DNA from: Gemmatimonadota bacterium
Lineage (GTDB): Bacteria > Gemmatimonadota > Gemmatimonadetes > Gemmatimonadales > GWC2-71-9
Assembly (NCBI GenBank): GCA_039588295.1
Contig: JBDHAB010000007.1
Span: forward strand, 10,829-74,828
Direction: 5' to 3'
Length of the DNA: 64,000 nt
Program-made: the position numbers and the translations under genes
In this document: piece after piece, positions 45,290-55,061 of the stretch
Position numbering within the stretch: the stretch's first letter is position 1
How the letters are laid out: the number at the start of each line of letters is the position of its first letter
Notes under the pieces: model-generated
What the model was told of the DNA's origin: nothing
Databases searched by the model: none
Seen by the model: the letters and a program-made list of their open reading frames with translations, nothing else

Positions 45290-45925
45290 TCAGCGGTACT
45301 TGACCGAGCACCCGTACGGTTGGGTCGTAGGGGTACTCACCTCCTTGCCATTCATTGCTTCCTCGAGCGCCGCCACCAGGTAGTTGTGCGCCCCTTTGAT
45401 GTCCGACAGCCGGGCGGTCGGACGATCGTCGATGGCCCCGTTGTAGAGCAGGACGCCCTCAGGATTGATCACCACCATTTGAGGAGTGGTCCGCGCACCG
45501 TAGCGGCGCCCGACGGTTCCCTCAGGATCCAGCAGGACGGCGAGCGCCTTGCTTCCCCTGTCCGCGCTCAGCGCGTTCATCTCTTCGGGCGGGTGGTACC
45601 CTTGCTTTCCCGGAGCCGAGGACACGATGACCAGCCAGACGACGCCCTTTGCGCCGTAATCCCGCTGCAACGCCTGCATGTTGCCGCTCTTGTAGTGCTT
45701 ACCGACGTAGGGACATTCGTAGTTCAGCCACTCGAGCACGATCCACTTGCCGCTGTAGTCAGCGAGGGAGTGCCTTGCTCCATAGGTGTCGGGAAGCACG
45801 AACCCGGGTGCGGGATTGCCGATCTCGGGGTCGGAGAGCTGGGCGTGCAGCGAGACCGGCGTCACTGCGATGACACCCATCAGGCGCTCGGCGCAGCCAA
45901 CAGCCAGGTCGCCATCACGAGCCAT
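45290..45925 (-). CDS. Thioredoxin-fold redoxin-family protein (single CP motif)
   Basis: GKWIVLEWLNYECPYVGKHY, then VVWLVIVSS and a PQMVVINPEG thioredoxin-fold beta-strand pattern. Start uncertain. Confidence 0.65.
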   Translation of the reverse strand: MARDGDLAVGCAERLMGVIAVTPVSLHAQLSDPEIGNPAPGFVLPDTYGARHSLADYSGKWIVLEWLNYECPYVGKHYKSGNMQALQRDYGAKGVVWLVIVSSAPGKQGYHPPEEMNALSADRGSKALAVLLDPEGTVGRRYGARTTPQMVVINPEGVLLYNGAIDDRPTARLSDIKGAHNYLVAALEEAMNGKEVSTPTTQPYGCSVKYR

Positions 45926-45980
45926 GAGGATCGTGGGGCCCGCGGACGCCCGGACGGTGCGGACTCGAACCGTCGGTGGA

Positions 45981-46937
45981 TCACTTGGGTGTCTGCAGCT
46001 TCTTCCGCAGATGCAGCAGCATGTCCGCCGTCATCGACTCCAAATCGTACGACGGCAGCCATCCCCACTCCTCCCTCGCGGCAGTGTCGTCGATCGAGTT
46101 CGGCCACGAATCGGCTAGCCGTTGTCGGATCGGGTCGACGTCGTACGCGATGGCAAACTGTGGGAGATGCTTCCGGATCTCCGCGGCGACCTGTTCGGGT
46201 GTGAAATTCATGGCGGTCACATTGAACGCGTTGCGATGGCGGAGGCGCGACGCGTCCGCTTCCATGACGTCGATGGCTGCTTTGATCGCATCGGGCATGT
46301 ACATCATGTCGAGACGGGTATCACCGCGGAGGAAACACGTGTAGCGCTCGTTACGGATGGCCTCGTAGAAGATCTCCACCGCGTAGTCCGTGGTTCCTCC
46401 GCCGGGCGGCGTGACGTGCGAGATGATGCCGGGATAGCGGACCCCGCGCGTGTCGACCCCGAACCGCTGCTGGTAGTAGTCACACAGGAGCTCACCCGCG
46501 ACCTTCGTGACCCCGTACATGCTCGTGGGTCGCTGGACCGTATCCTGGGGGGTGCGATCGACCGGCGTCGTTGGTCCGAACGCGCCGATGGAGCTCGGCA
46601 CGAACACCGCGCAGCCGTGCTCCCTCGCCACCTGGAGCACCTTGTACAGCCCACCCATGTTCACGCTCCACGCGACATCCGGCTGCTGCTCCGCCACCGC
46701 GGAGAGCAGCGCCGCCAAGTGGTAGATGGTGTCGATCTGAAATCGGGTGACCGCGCGGTGGAGCTGCTCCTGCGACGTGCAGTCGAGTTGCACGAATGGT
46801 CCGTTGGCGTCACTGCCGCCGGCTGGAGAACGGATATCTGACGAAACGACGACCTCTGCCCCGTAGCGCGCTCGGAGCGTGGGGACGAGTTCCGATCCGA
46901 TCTGGCCCAGCGACCCGGTAACGAGAATCCGCTGCAC
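45981..46937 (-). CDS. SDR/epimerase-fold L-threonine 3-dehydrogenase-like enzyme
   Basis: RILVTGSLGQIGSELVPTLRARYG...SSDIR N-terminus and the YGVTKVAGE (YxxxK) catalytic motif, as in the short-chain TDH group. Confidence 0.7.
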   Translation of the reverse strand: MQRILVTGSLGQIGSELVPTLRARYGAEVVVSSDIRSPAGGSDANGPFVQLDCTSQEQLHRAVTRFQIDTIYHLAALLSAVAEQQPDVAWSVNMGGLYKVLQVAREHGCAVFVPSSIGAFGPTTPVDRTPQDTVQRPTSMYGVTKVAGELLCDYYQQRFGVDTRGVRYPGIISHVTPPGGGTTDYAVEIFYEAIRNERYTCFLRGDTRLDMMYMPDAIKAAIDVMEADASRLRHRNAFNVTAMNFTPEQVAAEIRKHLPQFAIAYDVDPIRQRLADSWPNSIDDTAAREEWGWLPSYDLESMTADMLLHLRKKLQTPK

Positions 46938-47011
46938 GACCCCTCCTGGAATGCCGTATGCCGTCGGCCTATCGTACGCTGCGCTTGCACCCCGTACAAG
47001 AGCGCCGGTCG

Positions 47012-48310
47012 CTAGGGCAGGAGCTTTCGTTCCTTGGCGGCGCGCTCGAGTTCATCGTGGAACTGTGGGTCGGCGATGCGGATCAGTTCCTCCGCACGCT
47101 CCCGCAGGTTCTTCCCGAAAAGATTCGCCACTCCATGTTCGGTGACGAGGTAGTGCACGTCCGCTCGGCTGGTCACGACCCCTGCGCCGTGCTTGAGGAA
47201 CGGCACGATTCGCGACATGGAGCCGCCTTTGGCCGTGGCCGGAAGCGCAATGATCGGCCGGCCGCCCTTCGAGTGAGCTGCTCCTCGAATGAAATCTACC
47301 TGGCCGCCGAACCCGGAAAAGATGTATGGACCGATGGAGTCCGAACACACCTGTCCCGTCAGATCGACCTCGATAGCGGAGTTCACGGCCACCATGTTGT
47401 CGATCGTGCTCACGACCTCCGGATCGTTGACGTAGCTGACGGGGTGCGCCTCGATCAGCGGGTTGTTGTCCAGAAAATCGTAAAGCCGATCACTTCCGAG
47501 CGCGAAGGTGCATACAACCTTCCCCGGGTGCACCGTCTTCGCCGTCCCCGTCACTACCCCTCGCTCGATCGCGCGCATCGCGCCGTCGGAGATCATCTCC
47601 GTGTGAATGCCGAGCTCGAGGGCGCCTTCCATACTCTCGTACACCGAGTCCGGGATTCCGCCGATTCCCATTTGCACCGTTGCACCGGGGGGGATCAGGT
47701 CGAGCACGTGCCGGGCGATGGCCTGTTCCACCGCGGTCGCAGGCTTTGCTTCCAGCGTCGGGAGCGGCTCGGTATGCTCGACGATCGTATGCACGCGGCT
47801 GACGTGGAGGAACGAATCACCCAGGACGCGTGGCATTTTCTCGTTCACCTGGACGATCACGGTCTGCGCCTTTTGACATGCGGCGGTGGACGCGAGCACT
47901 TCGACGCCAAGACTCATGAAACCGTGCTCGTCGGGAGGGGAGACCTGGACCATCGCCACATCGAGCGGCACAATCCCCTCGCGGAAGAGGCGGGGAATTT
48001 GATGAAGAAAAATGGGGACGTAGTCGGCACGCCCGTCGTTGACAGCCTGGCGATCCGCCGGCCCCACGAACAGCGAGTTGTGCCGGAAGTGTCGCTCCAT
48101 TCCCGGCTCGGACAGCGGATCCTTGCCGAGCAGGAGGACGTGGTTCAACTGGATGTCTTCCAACTCGTCTCGGCAGCGGGCGAGCGCGCGGACGAGCTCC
48201 TGGGGAATCGCAGCGTTGCCACCGTAGTACACTCGGTCGCCGCTCTTGACCCGCTGCACCGCTTCGTCGGAGGTCGCGAGTTTCGACTTGTAGTCGTCGA
48301 GCCAGTTCAT
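47012..48310 (-). CDS. Acetyl-CoA hydrolase/transferase family (4-hydroxybutyrate/butyryl CoA-transferase-like)
   Basis: Family-typical GIGGIPD and SGFGGQVDFIRGA motifs. 432 aa. Confidence 0.85.
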   Translation of the reverse strand: MNWLDDYKSKLATSDEAVQRVKSGDRVYYGGNAAIPQELVRALARCRDELEDIQLNHVLLLGKDPLSEPGMERHFRHNSLFVGPADRQAVNDGRADYVPIFLHQIPRLFREGIVPLDVAMVQVSPPDEHGFMSLGVEVLASTAACQKAQTVIVQVNEKMPRVLGDSFLHVSRVHTIVEHTEPLPTLEAKPATAVEQAIARHVLDLIPPGATVQMGIGGIPDSVYESMEGALELGIHTEMISDGAMRAIERGVVTGTAKTVHPGKVVCTFALGSDRLYDFLDNNPLIEAHPVSYVNDPEVVSTIDNMVAVNSAIEVDLTGQVCSDSIGPYIFSGFGGQVDFIRGAAHSKGGRPIIALPATAKGGSMSRIVPFLKHGAGVVTSRADVHYLVTEHGVANLFGKNLRERAEELIRIADPQFHDELERAAKERKLLP

Positions 48311-48321
48311 GACCGGTGTCC

Positions 48322-49446
48322 TCAGCCCTGTTGTACGATCGCCTGAAGGGCAACGGCAGAGAGCCGTTGGGCTGCAGCTACCTGTTCGTTCACCACTCTG
48401 CCACCGTAGAGGTACACGCCGGCAGCCAGTCCCGGATTCTCGCGGAGCGCCCGGTCCACACCTTTTTCGGCCAACTCGCTCAACGGAGTGAGGACCACGT
48501 CAGAGAGCGCGCGGGACGCGGTCCGAGCCACGTTGGCGGTCATGTTCGGCACGCAGTAGTGCACCACATCGTGCACCACGAAGGTCGGTTGATCCAGCGT
48601 CGTGGGTCGGCTGGTTTCGACGCATCCTCCCTGATCGATCGAGAGATCGACGATCACACTCCCGGCGCGCATCGAGCTCACCATGTCCTCCGTGATGAGA
48701 AACGGGGCGCGCGCTCCGGGAATCAGCACGGCGCCGATCACGACATCGGCGATCCTGGTGAACTGCTCGAGACGCTCCGTTGACGCGACTTGCGTTACGA
48801 TGTTGCCGGAGATCTGTCGGTTGAGGTTCCGGAGCTTCTGGAGGTCGGCATCGAGGACGATGACGTGGGCTCCAATGGCCAGCGCCCGACGTGCTGCGGT
48901 GCGACCGGCCATACCGGCGCCAAGGATGAGCACCGTGGGTGGAGCGATCCCGGGCACCGAGCCCATGAGGATGCCTCGACCACCGGACTCGTTCTGGAGA
49001 TAGTGCGCCGCCGTGTAGACGGCCATCTCCCCGGCCATCTCGCTGAAGGGCACGAGGATCGAGCGACGCCCTTCGACGTCTTCGATGAGCTCGTAACCGA
49101 TGGCGGTCACCTTGAGCTCGCGCAGCTGCTGCACGATGGGTTGGGGTGCAACGGCCATGTGGAGAAAGCCGCCGATCACCGACCCCGGGCGGACTAACTC
49201 GAGCTCGTCGCTCGACACCAAGCCCACCCGGCAGACCAACTCAGGACGTTTGTGCGCCTCTTCGCTACTGTACACGATTTGTGCGCCGGCCGCCTGGTAC
49301 TCGTGATCTGGAAACCGCGCCGCCAGTCCCGCGCCCTTCTCGACGACAACGGTGTGGCCGCGACTGACGAACCGCCGTACGGCCTGCGGGGTGAGCCCGA
49401 CACGGTGCTCGTGCCGGTGGGTTTCCCGTGGTACACCGATGATCAT
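48322..49446 (-). CDS. ald: Alanine dehydrogenase
   Basis: MIIGVPRETHRHEHRVGLTP N-terminus. VLILGAGMAGRTAARRALAIGAHVIVLD dinucleotide fold. AAGGAGG lies 7 nt before ATG 49446. Confidence 0.85.
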   Translation of the reverse strand: MIIGVPRETHRHEHRVGLTPQAVRRFVSRGHTVVVEKGAGLAARFPDHEYQAAGAQIVYSSEEAHKRPELVCRVGLVSSDELELVRPGSVIGGFLHMAVAPQPIVQQLRELKVTAIGYELIEDVEGRRSILVPFSEMAGEMAVYTAAHYLQNESGGRGILMGSVPGIAPPTVLILGAGMAGRTAARRALAIGAHVIVLDADLQKLRNLNRQISGNIVTQVASTERLEQFTRIADVVIGAVLIPGARAPFLITEDMVSSMRAGSVIVDLSIDQGGCVETSRPTTLDQPTFVVHDVVHYCVPNMTANVARTASRALSDVVLTPLSELAEKGVDRALRENPGLAAGVYLYGGRVVNEQVAAAQRLSAVALQAIVQQG

Positions 49447-49501
49447 CGTCTCGCCTCCTTGACCGACGGGGTCCGGGATCATCTATGCCTGCGTGGGGCG
49501 C

Positions 49502-49514
49502 CGATGCAGCATCG
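49502..49514. promoter_or_regulatory. Perfect 13-bp palindrome CGATGC-A-GCATCG in the ald leader
   Basis: Seen directly in the sequence, 56-68 nt upstream of the ald ATG. Its function (operator?) is not established. Confidence 0.25.
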
Positions 49515-49812
49515 ATGAGCTACTTCGTTGGGAGGCTGCGGCGGGTCGGCCGTGGTGACCAGGTGCGCCGCCAGGGGCCACACCAGAGACCCCAGTCAGC
49601 AGTTGGCCTGAGCGCGCTCGATGCGGGGGGACGCCGGGTGCGGTAGGGAGTCGTGCCGTGGAGCCTGTCCCCACACCTTGAAGGTTGCTCAGCCTCGGTT
49701 GAGGATCGCCGACTTGCCGGTGGCCGATATGCTGATGCTGCCTCACACCCACCCCCTGGACCGCTACCGCCCCGCCCGTGCCGCCCGCAGAGCGGCGCGG
49801 TCACGGTCCTGC

Positions 49813-51246
49813 TCACACCCCCGACGTGCTGCTCTCCTCCGTGAGCGACTTCTGACCCCACGCAAACGCTTCCTCGTTCAGCCCGAGCAGCGCGCAGTCC
49901 TGCTTGAGCGCCTCCCGCATGACGGCGACGAAGCTTTCGCGCGGGAACAACTCGGTGGCAGCCTGCAGCGCACCGAGGGCAACGACGTTCTTGACCATCT
50001 TCTTCCCGAGCTCAACCGCGATCTGGGTGAACGGTACGCCATGCAGCGTGATGCCGGGTAGCGCCGGTACGTTCGCGATCACCGAACTGTCATAGAGGAT
50101 CGTGCCGCCCGGTCGCACGTTCGGACCAAATTTTTCCAGACTCGGCGCGTTGAACACGACCAAGATATCCGGCTCCGGACATGCCGGTGAGAGCACCTCG
50201 TCGGTGGCGACACGCACATCGGCATAGGACGTCCCACCCCGGGATTCCGGACCGTAGCTCGGGATGTAGGTCGAGTCGAATCCCTCGTTGATGGCGGCGC
50301 GAGTCGTCAGCAGCGCGATCGTCTGTGCCCCATCTCCACCGGCACCGGCAAACTTGATCGCGATGTCTTCCTCATCGATATGAGAGGGAAACCCGGTTCC
50401 GAACCGACTCGGTGGCTCCGTCGTGCTCCCAATGACCGCTGCGACCTCATCCGGCTCGAAGCTGGGTCGTCCCAGATCAAACCACGGCTCGACCTCCACG
50501 TCCTTCTTCACGCCCAGCGGGAAGATGGGCACCATGCACTCTTTGACCCACTGCTCGGTCTCCAGTGGGGTCAGGCGTAGATGCGTCGGGCATTCCGACA
50601 GCACCTCGACAAAGGAGAGCCCGCGCCGCTCGACTTGGAGACGGACGGCCTTCTTGATCGCCTTCTTCGCACGCACACGCTGCTTGTTGTCGAACAGCGC
50701 GACGCGCTCGACGTAGACTGGGCCGTCCATCTGGCCAACCATTTCGGCCATCTTGAGCGGCTCCCCGGTCAAGCGGTCGCGACCGGCCGGCGTCGTCGTC
50801 GTACGCTGTTCCCGCAGCGTGGTGGGGGCCATCTGCCCCCCGGTCATGCCGTAGATCGCATTGTTGATGAAGATGAAGGTCATCGGGAGACCCATCTGCA
50901 CCGCCTGGATGATCTCGGCGAGGCCGATCGCGGCCAGGTCCCCATCCCCTTGATAACTGACCACCACGGCGTCGGGGTTGGCCATCTTGTGGCCGATCGC
51001 GACGGCTGGAGCCCGTCCGTGCGCCGCCTGCGTGTTTCCGACATCGAGGTAGTAGTACATGAAGACCGCGCACCCCACGGGCGAAACCGCAACGGTCCGG
51101 TCTTGTACATCCAATTCGGCGATCGACTCCGCCAGATACTTGTGTGCCAACCCGTGACCGCATCCGGCGCAGTAATGCGTGGTGAGCCCTTTGAGGCCTT
51201 GACCCTGCGCATGGCGCGCGAAGCGCTCGTAGAAGACGCTAGACAT
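49813..51246 (-). CDS. 2-oxoacid:ferredoxin oxidoreductase, fused beta (TPP) and gamma subunits
   Basis: Beta part: YCAGCGHG, SYQGDGD and NNAIYGMTGGQ. Gamma part: AGAGGDGAQT and YGPESRGG. ATG 51246 overlaps the upstream gene's stop by 8 nt. Confidence 0.85.
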   Translation of the reverse strand: MSSVFYERFARHAQGQGLKGLTTHYCAGCGHGLAHKYLAESIAELDVQDRTVAVSPVGCAVFMYYYLDVGNTQAAHGRAPAVAIGHKMANPDAVVVSYQGDGDLAAIGLAEIIQAVQMGLPMTFIFINNAIYGMTGGQMAPTTLREQRTTTTPAGRDRLTGEPLKMAEMVGQMDGPVYVERVALFDNKQRVRAKKAIKKAVRLQVERRGLSFVEVLSECPTHLRLTPLETEQWVKECMVPIFPLGVKKDVEVEPWFDLGRPSFEPDEVAAVIGSTTEPPSRFGTGFPSHIDEEDIAIKFAGAGGDGAQTIALLTTRAAINEGFDSTYIPSYGPESRGGTSYADVRVATDEVLSPACPEPDILVVFNAPSLEKFGPNVRPGGTILYDSSVIANVPALPGITLHGVPFTQIAVELGKKMVKNVVALGALQAATELFPRESFVAVMREALKQDCALLGLNEEAFAWGQKSLTEESSTSGV

Positions 51247-52657
51247 GGCCGGCCTCCGCGAGGGCGGTGATTTTGTCCACGATTTCTTGCTGTGAGGGCA
51301 ACACACCGCCCATCCGTCGGACGTGGTGAATCGGTGGCCCGTCCCTGACGTCGGCGTGGCTCAGCGCGAGCCGAAGCTCGTCTTCGAGTTGGCCGGCTCC
51401 AGCCTCGACGACGACGACGCCCCGCACTCCGTCCAGCAGGGGGAGCAGCCGGGTGATTGGGAATGGCCAGAGCGTGATCGGGCGGAACAATCCAGCCTTG
51501 ATTCCCCCGTGTCGGAGCGCCCGTATGGCGCCTTTCGCCATCCGCGCCGGCGTGTTGCAGGCCACGACGATCCACTCGGCATCGTCGCAGTGGAACTCGT
51601 CCGCACGCTGTTCACGCTCAGTCATCCGCTCGTACTTTGCGTTCAGCTCGGCGTTCCGGGCCTCGAGCCGGGCTTCGTTGAGGTCAATCGACGAGTTCAA
51701 CATCCCACGGTGAGCAGCGTCTCCGTACACCGCCCAACCCGGAAGTCCGGGCCGTGTGAGTTCTCGGGGGAGCGTGACGCGACCCGTCATCTGACCCATG
51801 TACCCGTCGCAGGCGAGGACCACGGGGTTGCGGTACTCGAACGCCAGGTCAAACGCGCGCATCGTCAAATCCAGCATCTCCTGGGGCGTGGATGGGGCAA
51901 AGACCAGTGCGTGCGTGTTGCCGTGGCCGAGCCCGCGGCACACCAGTTTGATGTCGCCCTGCTCGGGCGCGATGTTGCCGAGCCCGGGACCGCCGCGCAT
52001 GACGTTGATGAAGACACCCGGGATCTCGGCGCCGATCATGTAGGAAATCCCCTCTAACATGAGGCTGAACCCCGGGGACGACGTGAACGTCATGCATCGC
52101 ATTCCGGCGCCCCCACAGCCATACATCATGTTGACCGTGGCGACTTCGCTGACCGCCTGCACGAATATGCCATCGAGCTGCGGCAGCAGCTTGGCCATGA
52201 GTTCGGCGCCCTCGGTGGACGGGGTGATGGGGTAGCCGAAGAAGTGCCGGCAGCCCGCGAGCAGCGCGCCAATGGCGGCTGCGTGGTTGCCCTTGAGCAC
52301 CATGGGCTCGAGATGGGACAACGCGATGGTCGAATCGGGAACGGATTCCGGTTGGGTTCCGACGGTCTCGGTTCGATCGAAGTACGTGTACGGGTCAGAC
52401 ACCACCATGTCGATTCCGTCCAGCTCGGGCGGTGTTGCCATGAGGCCGTGCGGTTCGGGGCATGCCGAGATACAGAGCCCGCACCCGTTGCACACCTCTA
52501 AGTCCACGGTAACCGGCGTGAAGCCGGTAACGGGATCGATTTCCGTCCCGAGCTCGATGCAGTGCTTAGGGCACGCCTCGATGCACCTGCCGCACGCTTT
52601 GCAGAGGTGGGGAAAGAGGAACGGTTTTGGCCGGCTCTTGACCTTCGCAGTCACCAT
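51239..52657 (-). CDS. 2-oxoacid:ferredoxin oxidoreductase, fused delta (2x[4Fe-4S]) and alpha subunits
   Basis: N-terminal CKACGRCIEACP and CNGCGLCISACP ferredoxin motifs, followed by an alpha-subunit body (GNHAAAIGALLAGCRHFFGYPITPSTE). Confidence 0.85.
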   Translation of the reverse strand: MVTAKVKSRPKPFLFPHLCKACGRCIEACPKHCIELGTEIDPVTGFTPVTVDLEVCNGCGLCISACPEPHGLMATPPELDGIDMVVSDPYTYFDRTETVGTQPESVPDSTIALSHLEPMVLKGNHAAAIGALLAGCRHFFGYPITPSTEGAELMAKLLPQLDGIFVQAVSEVATVNMMYGCGGAGMRCMTFTSSPGFSLMLEGISYMIGAEIPGVFINVMRGGPGLGNIAPEQGDIKLVCRGLGHGNTHALVFAPSTPQEMLDLTMRAFDLAFEYRNPVVLACDGYMGQMTGRVTLPRELTRPGLPGWAVYGDAAHRGMLNSSIDLNEARLEARNAELNAKYERMTEREQRADEFHCDDAEWIVVACNTPARMAKGAIRALRHGGIKAGLFRPITLWPFPITRLLPLLDGVRGVVVVEAGAGQLEDELRLALSHADVRDGPPIHHVRRMGGVLPSQQEIVDKITALAEAGHV

Positions 52658-52661
52658 AGTA

Positions 52662-54923
52662 TCACGTTCCCTGTCTCAGGCACCGAAGTCGTCGTTCGCA
52701 GTACGTGCCGAAGATCCGCAGCGCGCGATCCGCCGTCCGGAATGTGGGTATGCCGTGCTGTTCGAGCAGCGTTGCCATCGGCACGTAGCGTGGCCCAGCG
52801 TCCACCACCGCAACCCAGGGCTTGGTGGTCGTCTGCGCGGTGGCAATCAGGCGACGCACCACCGATTGTGGATCGTCAATATCCTCACCGTGTGTGGCAT
52901 CTCGGGCGAGGGTGTTGAGCGCGCCGGTCAGTGGCACACACCCCACGATCCCAACGTCAACGTTCTCATCGCACAACACAGTCGTCATCGCTTCCTCGTA
53001 GCCCGCGTCATCCATGATCGGGGTCAGATCGAGGGGGTTCCGCGCCTCCACGACGTCCTGAAGCCGTCTGCCTGTGAGCAGTGCGCCCAACCGTCGCACG
53101 GTGTCGCCAGTGAACGGTGCGAGCTGGAACGGACCGAGGTTGTCTGCCATGGTCACGCACTCAAACCCGGCATTCGACACGGCACCAAGTCTGGAGCCGC
53201 GAACGACTCTGCGTCCAAGATAGCAGAACACCTTGACCAGATCATCAAAATCGGCCAGCGAGTCCGCAACGACCACCCCGGCTTCGGTCGCGAGCTCACG
53301 GCAGACCGCATAATCACCCGCGACGGCGGCGGTATGTGACGCCGTTGCTCCCGCACCTGCGGGAGTGCGGCCGGCGCGATACAGCACCACGTCACGGCCG
53401 CTCGATGCGATCTCCGCCGCGGCGTCGAGCCACCGGTGTCCGTCACCGGGCTGGAACCCTTCGACATAGCACGCGAACACGTCGATCTCGGGATCGTCTT
53501 TCAGATACGTCAGGTAATCACTGACGGTCAAATCGGTCTGGTTGCCAACGGAGATCGAGAACCGCGGGTTGAGCCCCAGGAACCTACTGGCACGTGCCAC
53601 GGCAAAAGCGCCGCTCTGAGAGATTAGGGCGAGCGGCGTCGCTGCGCCACGTTTCGGCGGGAGCTTGTACTCCGGAATGAACGTGGTGTCGTACCGTCCC
53701 GGGATCGAGCGGACCCCCAGGCAATTCCCCCCGTTCAGGACGGGTCCTCCCCATTCGGTCGGGCGCGACGCGTGCAGCGCCTCGAGAATGTCATGCTGGA
53801 GCTGCGCCGTGCCACCCTTCTCACCCAGGCCGCCAGGAATCACGATGAGGCTCTCGGCCTTGCGGCCGGCCACGACTTCCCGAACCGCGTCGGGCACCTG
53901 CGAAGCGGCTACACTCAGGACGAGGAGATCGACGCACCCGGGCAATGCCGTAATGCTGGCAAAGCATCGAACCCCGTCGATTTCCCCGGCGTCGGGCTTG
54001 ACGATTGCCATGCGTTCGGCGGGGAAACCCTCCCGGAGCATGTTCCGGAGGATGATGCGGCCGGGATTGAGCCGCTCAGACACGCCGACGATGGCGGCGG
54101 ACTTCGGCTCGAGCAGCGCCTTGAGCTTGTGGATGGGCCGGTCCGGTCGCCGCCCCGGTTCACCGGCTCGGAGCGTCACCAGCACGTCGAGGGCGGTGGG
54201 GCCGTGCTCGCCGGGAACCAGCGGGTTGATCTCGAACTCGCCGATCTGCGTTGCGGCGTCACTGCGCGCGAACGCCAACGCCGTCTCGACCAGCGAAACC
54301 AGAACCGGCATGTCGAACGCCACGCCCCCACCCCCACCCCGCTCCATGCCGGCCGCGAGCCGTGCGAATGCCTTCGATGCGAGCGATCGCTCGATCTGAT
54401 TCCTCGATCTCGTGTGCGCACCGAAGACCGCGGCAGCGCGACCCGCCTGCAACTCGGCCGACAGCAACTCGGCGTGCATCCCCCCAGGCCCGATGGTCAC
54501 GACCGGACCGAAGTCGTCGGTCCATCGCATGCCGAGCAGGAGCTCGCCTCCCAGCGCCCGATCGTAGTCGACATGGGCGTTCAGTGCGAACCCCACCACC
54601 GCCTGCTCGGCGAGGCTCGATTCCATGGTGCGGACGGCCTCACGCACCGTTCCCGGGTGGTTGCGCACGATCGCGACCGCGCCGACTTCGGTCTTGTGCA
54701 CGATACGGGCTGAAACGGCCTTGATGACGACGAGGTCCGTGCCGAGCTGGCGGAGATCACCGTCGTCGACGTCGGCACTCGAGCGCACCAACACGGCGGC
54801 GGGCACCTCGATGCCAAGACACTCGACGATCCGGGCCGCTTCCGGTTGCAGCAGCACGCGCCGGTGCTCCGCCCGCGCGGCGTCGAGCACCTGTGCGATG
54901 TTGTCGGACGTCGCTGTGACCAC
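52662..54923 (-). CDS. ADP-forming acyl-CoA synthetase (NDP-forming acetate--CoA ligase family), single polypeptide
   Basis: N-terminal ATP-grasp segment (LLQPEAARIVECLGIEVP...VVIKAVSARIVHKTEVGAV), followed by the CoA-binding/ligase segments (LLEPKSAAIVGVSER.NPGR..., ISQSGAF, SVGNQ). It ends 4 nt before the OFOR gene. Confidence 0.85.
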   Translation of the reverse strand: MVTATSDNIAQVLDAARAEHRRVLLQPEAARIVECLGIEVPAAVLVRSSADVDDGDLRQLGTDLVVIKAVSARIVHKTEVGAVAIVRNHPGTVREAVRTMESSLAEQAVVGFALNAHVDYDRALGGELLLGMRWTDDFGPVVTIGPGGMHAELLSAELQAGRAAAVFGAHTRSRNQIERSLASKAFARLAAGMERGGGGGVAFDMPVLVSLVETALAFARSDAATQIGEFEINPLVPGEHGPTALDVLVTLRAGEPGRRPDRPIHKLKALLEPKSAAIVGVSERLNPGRIILRNMLREGFPAERMAIVKPDAGEIDGVRCFASITALPGCVDLLVLSVAASQVPDAVREVVAGRKAESLIVIPGGLGEKGGTAQLQHDILEALHASRPTEWGGPVLNGGNCLGVRSIPGRYDTTFIPEYKLPPKRGAATPLALISQSGAFAVARASRFLGLNPRFSISVGNQTDLTVSDYLTYLKDDPEIDVFACYVEGFQPGDGHRWLDAAAEIASSGRDVVLYRAGRTPAGAGATASHTAAVAGDYAVCRELATEAGVVVADSLADFDDLVKVFCYLGRRVVRGSRLGAVSNAGFECVTMADNLGPFQLAPFTGDTVRRLGALLTGRRLQDVVEARNPLDLTPIMDDAGYEEAMTTVLCDENVDVGIVGCVPLTGALNTLARDATHGEDIDDPQSVVRRLIATAQTTTKPWVAVVDAGPRYVPMATLLEQHGIPTFRTADRALRIFGTYCERRLRCLRQGT

Positions 54924-55061
54924 ACGGCCCCCAAGCTGTAACGGACCCGGCCCGCGCCGGCGGGCTTCCAGGAAAGGTCATGGGGAGGGCGTAATCTGGC
55001 TATGAAAGTTCTTTAAAGCGTTCTTAGAGGCCCACTTGCAGGCTCGACCCCGGGCGCCGGA

